From NCBI GenBank assembly GCA_964035545.1, contig OZ037773.1:6167751-6231750 (forward strand): DNA of 64,000 bases. The letters are read 5' to 3'. Position 1 is the stretch's first letter, and each line of letters opens with the position of its first letter. Source of the DNA: Bugula neritina. Its lineage: Eukaryota; Animalia; Bryozoa. Shown in pieces: positions 27,207 through 38,068 of the stretch. The notes under the pieces were generated by a model. It worked only from the letters and a program-made list of their open reading frames with translations, was not told where the DNA came from and searched no databases. The translations under genes and the position numbers were made by a program.

Positions 27207-28946
27207 ACTCTAACTGATTTGAACCAATATTGACTAAGTATTTATAGCCTTGTGTTGCACTAAATCTGAGCCACTTTTACACAATTTTTTGAAACTTATA
27301 TAAGCATTAGTTTTAACCAATCAAAAGGTTTAAATGATTTTAAAACTTACATAATTAGCAGAGGTTTTATGGTTTTTCAATTTCATGTCAGCGATGCTTG
27401 CACCATTACTCATAATAATAGGAAGTAGGTAATAAAAAACTTTCCTTCAACGATATCAGCTGCCGAAGAACATTTTGAGAGCACGCTTCATTTGCCTGAC
27501 GATAATGGGAGGAAGAGCTATATTTAGCTAGACTGCAGTTGACCTTCTTCATGGTCACAGCTACTGCCCCCTGACAGTTCCTATATACTAGTTTGGTATA
27601 TAACTAATAGTTTGGTTTACCAAGAATTTTGAAATTATACATTCAGCGCCAGCATGGCGCCTAAATGCCTTGCAAATATTATTTGCAACTTGTTATACAA
27701 TCAAATTTAATGCCAATTGACGCTATACAACCCTAGCATCTTTGGCATGTCTGGCCATATCGGAAATTGCTAGACCTGAATCATAGATGCAACACCAGGT
27801 GATGGGGGTCAAGGTCCAGTGCCATGATGTAAAAAGTTGTTGGAACTGGTTTTTTACCTAATTACTATAATGCAGCAAGTTTTGTTTTAGACAAAGTACT
27901 TTTGGAGTCTTTACCAATTTGTTCCCATAAATTTAATAAGAAGTAAAATTTTTATGAGATTGTAAACTAACCCAGAACTACTGATTGTTCACTTTAAAAG
28001 CTTTTTAAATGAATATTGTACTTTTAGTTGTGATTTTAGCCATGTAAAGAGACATATTTTACAGCTGTATTCCTACGACCTTTTCATTATTATTAGTAAC
28101 GTTACCATGAATATATGTTTTAGTTCACAGTGTTTCCCTAAATCACACTAAATCTAAATTCCCGTTTATACCTAAAGAAGCAAGTATGGATGCATGCGCC
28201 TTAAATAATCATAAATAAAAAATTACATTAATATCATAAACCAAACACATTCAAGTTGCAGGTAAACATTGTGAGCAACCTTATACATTACATTTATAAC
28301 TCATTATTAGATAATAATGAAAGTCCTCAACTTGGGGTAATTTAAGAAAAATTTATTTGCTGTTGTCCCACAACCAAAACTTGCTGCAGATTACAGTTTA
28401 TCTGTTAAAATTTTGTTGTAACGTATAGAGTATAAACCCATCCATAAAAGCAATGAAGTCTTATAATTGAATGAAATGATGATTTTGTAATAATAATAAT
28501 AATGATAATAATAAATATATAAATTGCTAAATATAGTAAGCAACCTGTCACAAAAATAATGTAAAACTCATTTATTCTGTAACAGAAGTATATTACTAAA
28601 TAATTGGATGTCAAAAAGATTTTAAAATGGAAGATTATAGGCTGCTCTAACTCAACAGTCTGCATAACAAACAACCACTAGAAAACAGCAAAAACTCTTG
28701 CAGGTGCTTTAATCCTAAACGTAATTTATTGAATTGTTTTTAATTAAAACAATAAATCAATTATTTCTAATTAAAATTTTGAAGTTGCCTGCTACCAATT
28801 AAAACTTATTTAAGTCATTTAGCTATAAAAGATATAAACCAACCCAAAACAATTTTACAAGTTTGTAGTTTTTTCAAATAGCGCTAAATATTTGTGGCCA
28901 TCAAACTCAATTAAAAGCTTAAACATTTATGCTGCATAGTACTATC

Positions 28947-29459
28947 ATTATAAATATATAATAATTATAATATTGTCATAAGAAATATCAATTATTGTTG
29001 ATACGGTTTAAATGATCAACTATAAAAAGTTTCTATAAATGATAATATAAATAATTCCTATTTCTTGGTTTTTTATACAGAAATGGTTGTTTTCCAGATG
29101 TTGTATGTATTTGGGAACATTGTCTTAACCATTTTTTGTTTAAGCTAGAGGACAACATGAGTTACAAAAAGAGCTAAAAATACTATTTCTTAGAAATCAA
29201 AGGTTTATCTTGTGTACTTTTTATTATGTGCACCATTTCCTTCAATTAACTGAAATATCACTTCCTGGACTTGCTTTGCAATTCAAACTTGTGATACTTT
29301 TAATCAATATATAAACATATCTGTTTATATATTTAACAAATACAATAATTTATACAAATACAATACAATGAGCCTACCATGATAGATAATAGCTAATAGC
29401 TAATAGTGGATATTGCTGTATCTATAATGCTTTTTACAGAAGTCTGTTAGAAATCTTAG
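28947..29459 (+). repeat. ~0.5-kb direct repeat, copy 1 (upstream of the TGF-beta-like gene)
   Basis: Colinear with 31836-32354 (offset ~2890), with long identical stretches, e.g. ATAATTCCTATTTCTTGGTTTTTTATACAGAAATGGTTGT. Confidence 0.9.
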
Positions 29460-30362
29460 ATACAAACTACTGAAATTGCTAATTAGTGTAGCACAAAAGA
29501 TGTATATATTATGAAATTTAAGCATAAGTCAAAATTCAGGCCAAGCGCAGAAACCTGCCTTAAGATAGTTGTCAACAAACTGTATTTATTTTGGAGTTTG
29601 TTTTAGGCTGAAGTGCGTTTCCCGTGTTTAGAATTTTAAGTGAACAAAATTTCTCAGACGAAAAAAAAGTTTCTCTTTTTTACATGCAGTCCTTCAAAAT
29701 GTTTGGCATGTATAAAGATGGCATTTTTAAATGCAAAGCTGCAAATAATTCAAACATTCATTTACCAATAAGCGCTCAGTCACAACTCACACATTGTATC
29801 AGTTAATTCCTTGCTTGTAATGTTATTTAAGGCGCATGCTTTATATTAATACCTAGTGCATGTGTTTAGCTTGAAAATAAAAATACAGTTGTACAAGTGC
29901 ATCTGCCAAGTATATCTCCTTAATATAATAACCACATGCAAGAGGGAGCAAAGGTGTTGATATTGGCTGCAGCAAAATGCAACTGAAACAAGCTAAAACA
30001 TTCATTGTTTTTCATAGAATGTACTTGTGGTATAGAACTACTAGCATTGTTTAGGCTATGTCTTTTAATGTTATAAATATGATGCATTGGTATTTAATAA
30101 GCGTTTTCATAAAGACATCATCAATATTCTGCATAAAACATACGATTATTTTCCACATTTTCTACTGTTGCTTCTTTGATAATATTTTCTTGCTGCTATC
30201 TAAACACTAACCTGGACATGCACAATTTTCATGCTTTAAGATATTTTACATATTTGGTTACACAACAACATCTTTTTGTATATCTGGAACCTTGTTTTCC
30301 ATTCTGGCAATGCTGCCAATTTAGTATACATGCACTTCGAACACTTTTTACAAAATGAAAAG

Positions 30363-30370
30363 TATATAAG
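30363..30370 (+). promoter_or_regulatory. Candidate TATA box of the TGF-beta-like gene
   Basis: TATATAAG 58 nt upstream of the ATG at 30421. Confidence 0.45.
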
Positions 30371-30420
30371 AAAGAGATAGGGACTCTCTTTTTATACATT
30401 GGTCAGCCTGTTTAGTCACC

Positions 30421-30872
30421 ATGTCTGTTTACATGTTTCTAATTGTCTTTATCGTTATGGGTGATCAAATCACTGCCTGCTTGCCAACACCAACGGCAGC
30501 GAAGGCAGCAAGAGCGAAAACATCACCGGCATTGAAAGCATCACCGACATTGAAAGCCTCGTCAAAAGACTATTTGGCTTCACTGGAGTCTATTCCACAC
30601 GAGGAAACAAGAACCAGGTATGACTCTATAGTTAAATTAGCTGTTGAGGTTTTTGTTTCCAGATAATATGTTATTCTATCATAGTTGCAACTTTGAGGAA
30701 TGTTTTGTTTAAATGTACTTTTAGCTTACAACAGATCTATTACACTTTATGTAACTAAGAATGCAATTATCAGAAAGAAGTTCAAACTTGTGTGTATAAA
30801 ATACACATAACCACCTGCATACGCACACACAAACAGACACAAACACCCACATGCACACACACACACACATAA

Positions 30873-30903
<31 letters not shown>

Positions 30904-30961
30904 AACACCCACACACAAACACACACACACACGCACACAAACAGACACAAACACCCACACA

Positions 30962-31004
<43 letters not shown>

Positions 31005-31763
31005 ACATGCACACGCACACGCACACACACACACACACACAGGCACACAGGCACAAATGCCAGACATTTTCACCAGTTTCATTTATTGCATTTTGTTTTG
31101 TAGAGAACCGAGGAAAAATCCTTTTACTGGCTTTGACTATTGTGAAGAAGGGCAGACGTCATGCTGCCTCCACCCATTTGTTAAAAGGGCCTCAGAACTT
31201 GAGCTACCCTATGTTTTTCCTCAAATCATACCTCTCAACCACTGCCAAGGGCACTGTAAGTTCATGCAACATAAAGATGTTCTGTTTATAAAATTACAAA
31301 GTGTTACTGCATGTGACTAATATAACTCATTGCATAAATCCTACTTATATATTTTCTATCATATTCAGCTGCACGTCTGACTGATGTGCTAGCTCGTGAT
31401 TCTGTACAAAAGTCTGAAATCAAACCTCAGGCTTCTAACTAGCAAATCAGCTTGCTAACCACTGCTCTACTTAGGGTCTACTGTGGAATCTAAAAGCTAC
31501 AGTCTGTTTACTATTATATATTAAATTTTCTGAGAAATTTTTTGTTGAACTGTTTCTAAAAACAATGCCCGGCATTATTAGATGTTATGTGTTTAATAGG
31601 CCGCTTAGAAGGCAGCGTTCATTCTCAGCTGCTGAGCAAGGACTCCTCCTGCTGCCACGCCACAGAGTTTGAGCCAATCATGGTTACGTATTACGACGGC
31701 AACGGTGTACTGCAATCAGAGTGGCTGGATGGAGCTGTCGCAACCAAATGTGCATGTTCATAA
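30421..31763 (+). CDS. Divergent TGF-beta superfamily ligand, 170 aa, minimal prodomain
   Basis: Exons 30421-30617, 31104-31255, 31600-31763 (phases 2, 1) give signal peptide + ~50-aa pro region + REPR site + KNPFTGFDYCEEGQTSCCLHPFVKRASELELPYVFPQIIPLNHCQGHCRLEGSVHSQLLSKDSSCCHATEFEPIMVTYYDGNGVLQSEWLDGAVATKCACS*; 9-Cys pattern C..CC..CxGxC..CC..CxC. Confidence 0.88.
30815..31055. repeat. (CA)n compound microsatellite in intron 1 of the TGF-beta-like gene
   Basis: cacacacaca runs. Confidence 0.95.
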
Positions 31764-31835
31764 GTAGTCCTTGGTAAAATGAGGGTGGTTGCGGACAATA
31801 TTTTTTATTATATAATTATAATTATATCTAAATAA

Positions 31836-32354
31836 TTATAAATATATAATAATTATAATATTATCATAAGAAATATCAATTATTGTTTATATATTGCTTA
31901 AATGATCAAATATAAAAAGTTCCTATAAATGATAATATAAATAATTCCTATTTCTTGGTTTTTTATACAGAAATGGTTGTCTTTCAGATGTTGTATTTAT
32001 TTGGGAACATTGTCTTAACCATTTTTTGTTTAAGCTAAAGGACAGTATGAGTAACAAAAGGAGCTAAAAATACTATTTCTTAGAAATCAAAGGTTTATCT
32101 TGTGTACTTTTTTATTGACAAACGGATGTGCGTATCATTTCCTTTAATTACCTGCAATATTGCTACTTGGAATTGCTTTGCTGCTAGTATATTTTTAGTC
32201 AACACATAAACATATCTGCTTGTATATTTAACAAATACAATAATTTATACAAATACAATACAATGAGCCTACTATGATAGATAATATAGCTAATAGCTAA
32301 TAGTTGATATGGCTGTATCTAATGGTTTTTACAGAAGTCTGCTAGAAATCTTAG
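31836..32354 (+). repeat. ~0.5-kb direct repeat, copy 2 (immediately 3' of the TGF-beta-like gene)
   Basis: Homologous to 28947-29459; begins about 70 nt after the stop codon. Confidence 0.9.
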
Positions 32355-32660
32355 CTCAGGCATTCTACTGGCAATATTCTTAGGCATGTACTATACCCAC
32401 ATTTATGATGCTGTTATGGTAAAATCAACATACCTATATAATTTCCATAATACAGTCTTTGCATCAGCCACCTCATTGGCTGAACATCTTTATATAATAC
32501 ATATAAAGTCTCCACAATTAAAAGCAATAATTTTTTTCTGATTTGTTGCACCAGCTTGACTTCAACACTAAGAAAGTTATTCTTATAAAATAATTACATT
32601 TATTAACATAGCATTTATTGCAGCACAAAACAACTGAATAGATTACACTAAAATAGCTGC

Positions 32661-35600
32661 CTAATGCTGCCTGTCACCATGTTTGTGGTGATGTTTGCCA
32701 TGCTTTTCCTGTTTTTGCTGCTGTTCAACCAGGTGTTCCCACGCCTTTACTTTCACTTCAGCGTCTTTCATTTTATTTCTCAGCTAAAAATAGAGCTTCA
32801 ATAAGAAATGTGATAGAAGATAACTTCCTATTAATATTTTGCTGATTTTACTTGGGGAAACTATTGTTACAGTATACAATGTTGCACAAACATGTACATG
32901 ATATGGTACGGTGCTTTATTCCATAAAATTCTTAAACCGCTTAATTCTTAAACAGTAATTTTTTTTATAATATTACTATTTATTATTATTATTTATTATT
33001 TATAATTATTTTTTACGAGAGTTTTACGTCAAAAGAAGTATTCAGAGAGTAATAACACCGCATGCAGACAGTCACAATTATGCTTCCATAGCATTTTCCA
33101 GTGGCTCTATTCTGAAACCCTTTCTCTTAATAAACTCAACAGGCACACAACTACAAACCACTTTGTAACCTTAAATATACTTACCATATCGTAGGCAGCA
33201 TGAAACAATTGCTTCTGTTCCTTGCCATCTTTCCCATTTGGTTTAGAAGTGTGGAGCTTCTTCCTAATCTCTTTATATTTCTCACGGATGTTCTTCATTA
33301 TTTTTCTGATTGGAGTTCCAGTTGGCCTTCTGCCAAAAATATCCTCCAGGTGTTTCCTGAAACCCTCCACATGTGGGCCATAGGCTGAGCTGCAAATGTA
33401 TATATGTATATTATGTATACATGTATATTATGTGTATTATGTATATTATGTATACTATGTATATTATGTATACTATGTATATTATGTATATTATGTATAC
33501 TATGTATATTATGTATATTATGTATACTATGTATATTATGTATACTACATGTATATTATGTATATTATGTATATTATGTATATTATGTATACTATGTATA
33601 TTATGTATACTATGTATATTATGTATATTATGTATACTATGTATATTATGTATATTATGTATATTATGTATACTATGTATATTATGTATATTATGTATAT
33701 TATGTATACTATGTATATTATGTATACTACATGTATATTATGTATGTTATGTATACATGTATACTATGTATACTATGTATATTTTAACATATGCAAGTCT
33801 AAACAAATTAATTGCTCTATAATCATCAGTGTTCTCAACACAAGTAGGAAGTTATATATATTAAGGAACAAAGGCTAGTCGCTATAACGTACCCAGCAAT
33901 TTTATTTTCAATTTCCTGTTTCTTCACTTGGTGTTCTAGATCATCAAGTTGTGACGTCACGTCCTGAGCATGTTTCTTTAGCTACATATATTATATTACA
34001 ATTTAATATGGTAAAATGTTGCAGTATTATTTCTAACATTATAATATAAAATTTATGCAACATACAATTACATAGACACTATGTTGAAACAATTATTGTT
34101 TCTGCAAGCAGTGATGGTACCAAAAAAGCATTTTACTAATTTTAACCTAACAAATGCCCTTCTTGATACTAATATTCCAATATCAAACATAACAATGGTA
34201 GCATAACTCCAGTCAATTGATATATAATATATATCAAGTGTGGTACAGGTAGCGCTAGTAAGCAATTAATTTAGAAATATTTTGTTGAGGGAGAAAACAT
34301 ATAAAGCATATACCTTAATACAGATATCAATGTCAAATTGTTGTCTATAATGATATATTGAACATAATATGCTTATTTTCAACATACAATAAATCAATCT
34401 GTATTTATCTGTTGATGGCATTATTTTAGGAAATTTATTCAGGCTGTAAATCTAACTATTGGGCCACAACGTTGCAATTAGGAATTGCCCCCCCCACACT
34501 GATTAATTGAAGACATGTGTAAACAAAATGTAATATAAACCTGAATGGGCATATATAAATCTGAAGGTGCATTTGCATGAGTGGTAGCCAAGATATTTCA
34601 GCTGCAGCTAATAATACTACACAAATGTAACTAAGTAGCCCTGCTATAAAAAACGGTACTAGCACTTCACACACTAGAGTTGTCAACCTCTTTAACCTCA
34701 AAGATACCTGTTTATAAGCTTCCTTGTATTTATGTCCATGTGTAGATGACTTCAATTCTTCCTTTACTTCTTCATATTTCTGTCTGATCATGTGTCTGTA
34801 TCCGTCAAAGTCTGGTCTACCAGTTGGTCTGTGGGCCAGCAGGTCCTCAAAATGATCTCTAAACATCTTAACATGATCTCTGCAATAAACACCATCAAAG
34901 ATGTCTTTAACAATTAAAAATTTGATAAAGTTCAGCAGCTTTACTGGCTGAAAAATACAAATATATACGTTTCAATTCAATACCTAACTTTATTTGGTTA
35001 AATATAAAATATTTTATCACCAAATAAGAGTCCTTGACTTTTAATAGAGTTGATGTATTTAAACGCAGATAATGAAGCCATATTTAATGTACAAATACAG
35101 TACACTACAAGATTATTTATTAAATTGGCTATTAGTCAGTCGAAAATTATGAAAAACATAAAAACATCTGTACAGGACTGGTTCTGAACATTTTAGGCCA
35201 GCTACTAAAGATCTCTGCATCAACTCCAGTTTTTCAAATCAATAAAATATTTTCACTCTACAAACATTTGAAAATGACAATCGAAGTTATTCTGTGAATG
35301 CAAACACGGAAATTGACACCCGCTTTCATGCTTTAGCTGCAAGTACTTATCTATGCTGTAGAAGATTAGTCAATGTCTTACACAACAGCTTCTGTCTCAT
35401 CAGCATTGCTGCCGGCAGCAGTTAGCTTAGCATCCTGGGACAGTTTCTCAGCCCATTTTCTTAGAGCAGTTTGAGCTTTTCTGAAGTTTGAGTGCAACTA
35501 AAAAGTACCCAGTTATATAACATAACTTGCATGAGTGAGCAAAACATATATTCCATCACTTACTATATGGAAATAAACCTGCAGGATATGTGATTTTCTC

Positions 35601-36805
35601 CATAATAAGTTATTAAATATTAGTTTCTGCATCACCTATACATCGTCTTATAAAGAGTATTTGGTTTTTAGAGCTCATAGTTGTGCTCTGAGATCTAACA
35701 GAGTTGAGAGCAATACATGTTCGTTATGATAGGCAAGATACAAATAGTTAGTTCTTATAGCCCCCAGCTGCTGGTTTCAGGTTTGAGAGGTATAAAACAA
35801 ATTACCATAGCAACAATGTTGCTACTCTGTTCATCTATCCTAGCCAGCAATATATACTTGGAATTATCCCCCTCTACTAGGTGCAGCATTGCTTCACTTA
35901 GTACTTACCGCCCAGACAGCGTGGTTGTGATCAGCCCGGTCCTTGTGACTAACGGCCAGGCCACCTGGTCTCAGACTAGCCAAAGTCTTTGATGTCTGTC
36001 TGTAGAGGTTGTGTACTTGTTTATAGATATCCTTGGGTCTACCAGTTGGCCTGGACTGCATCAGTGATTGGAACTTAGATGCAAAGTCCAGAGCATGCTG
36101 ATGGTATGGACTAGCAACAGAAATAATACATGCATAACGAGACAGGAAAAGTGTTAGTATTTTATGTAACTCAAAAGATGCAGTCCTCCATGTATGCAGA
36201 GCTTTAAAAATAAAAACTTTGTGTTTAATAAATGATACTTAATGACCTTCCAACATTAATGTTTTTATATCTTTACCCTACCATTAGTGGTTCTATATTT
36301 TTTTTATTTCCATAATTGTTTGGATGTCTTAGTGGTTTGATATTTTCCTATATTCTCTATTGTTGCTTTAGTAATGCTGTTAAAATTTAAAATTCAATGT
36401 CAGATAACGTGCCCACTGTCCCATTACCTTAGGATTTCACCAGTCTGTAGTTTGTACAAAATTTGAACAGTTTAACCTGGTTAAACAATGTTCAATGAAG
36501 TGCATTTTGGGTAAGCATAAGACTGATACTCCAAAGCAAGCACAACACTTCATCACACCAGTGTTTACTTCAAGCACTCACCTTCTAAGAACAGCCGTTT
36601 TATCTGTATCCACGTCTGCAGCAATTGCCTACAACCAATGATATTTGGCTAAAATATGTGACAGTACAGAAACTTTCATTGGTGCAAAAGAACGTATGCT
36701 TATTACACTAAAATGATAACAGTTGTTGATTGGCTAGCATCACTCAGGAAGGAGAAATGTACTCACCACAGCTACAAACAGACAGAAAAACGTAGCGAAA
36801 TTCAT
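32661..36805 (-). CDS. Uncharacterised secreted protein, 330 aa, three ~95-100-aa helical repeats with an RPTG(R/T)P motif and a His-rich tail
   Basis: 8 exons (36767-36805, 36582-36628, 35909-36110, 35382-35497, 34708-34879, 33893-33981, 33185-33389, 32661-32783), all GT-AG, total 993 nt, open frame; signal peptide MNFATFFCLFVAVAIA. Confidence 0.82.
33397..33782. repeat. 9-bp minisatellite (TATATTATG/TATACTATG)n
   Basis: About 42 copies abutting the acceptor of exon 33185-33389. Confidence 0.95.
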
Positions 36806-38068
36806 CTTGTGTTCAAGATAACTACACTGACAACTAATCGCTATGACAGGTCCTATTATGCAAGGAGCATGGGAACTAGCAGCAGGAATTTAAAATTACA
36901 CTGTTAGATGAGGAGGGGTGGCAAACAAACCCACTCATACCGTATCATATATAACTCCTAAAGCTACAAATAGCCTGTAGGGCGTGGCAACACATGTATT
37001 GAAAAACATATTTGGGTGGGGCTCTGGAACTGAAGAAGACTGAATTAACTTAAGCAGCTTCAAAATGCTGAAAATACTAGTAGGCTATTTGTGTTGAAGT
37101 TTTGAGAATAACTGGTACTGATGCTTTGATAAATAGTATTAAGTCATTGAAATGGAATAAAAATATATTTCAGTTGTATTTATAGCTTTAAAAACATTCA
37201 AATTGCAAGCCTATCATTTTATCCATGTCATAATTGGCACTGAGCTAGTAATATATTGTAGGTATATCTTATCACTCCTACATATGCTGGGTTACAGCTT
37301 GTGTTTTATGTTATCCTGAGATAGTATTATGTAACAACTTTATCGTACTAAATTTTTTATTGTATTAAGCAAGCGTCAACGCATCTCACTGTACCATCAA
37401 AATAATTTATTATAATATAAAATGATACAATATAATGTAATGTAATATAAAATAAAATGCAATATAATATAAGTACCAAGAGTGCAGCAGGCCACTTAAT
37501 GTTAAAATGAATGTACATTATTATGAAAAGCTAGTAGTAAATTAATAAAGTATTATATAATAATTTTGATTAGGAAATGATTTAGTATAAAGGTGAGGTA
37601 ACACTCATTATAAACTAAATTTAACCTCGAGACCTGCGCAATGCTTTATTTGATAAAATGGCTTTCTTTACAGTTGCATAAAAGGCATTTAATTAGTAAA
37701 TTAAAAAAAAGTTACGAGATTGTAGACAATTCAGCAGCTATGTAGTTGAATTATATTCTTATATAAACTTATTAAAATTAAGAAGTAATAAAATTCTTTA
37801 CCATTACCAAAAAATTTTTTTCTCGGTTTTCATTTAATAGTATTTAATAATTAGTGAAAAACAGTTTCATCATAATTATTACACAAAAATGATTAGATCT
37901 TTCCAACAGAATGATTTTCTCTTACATGAAACAAACATCGTAGGCTCAAAAAATCTCTCTTGTTCAGCAAGTGTTTATGTTTGACAGATACGACAGGTAG
38001 ATATAGAAGTCTGTTACAGTCATATTGGCTAATGCTAATCTACACTAGATATAGTCTGAGCACAAATT

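Noticed and set aside
26000-28900. Hidden gene or TGF-beta paralogue remnant upstream of repeat copy 1
   Set aside because: No coherent exon chain or Cys-knot remnant recognisable by eye; a TBLASTN search would settle it
30721-31291. Cys/Val- and His/Thr-rich ORFs
   Set aside because: Translations of the (CA)n microsatellite
28947-32354. LTR retrotransposon carrying the TGF-beta gene
   Set aside because: No TG...CA termini, PBS/PPT, TSD or gag/pol remnants; the gene retains introns
33982-34707. Possible U12 intron (donor GTATCTTT)
   Set aside because: Imperfect match to GTATCCTT and no TCCTTAAC-like branch point near the acceptor
32661-36805. Identification of the three-repeat protein as LRPAP1/RAP
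   Set aside because: Similar size and helical triplication, but no recognisable RAP motifs and no C-terminal HNEL/KDEL-type signal
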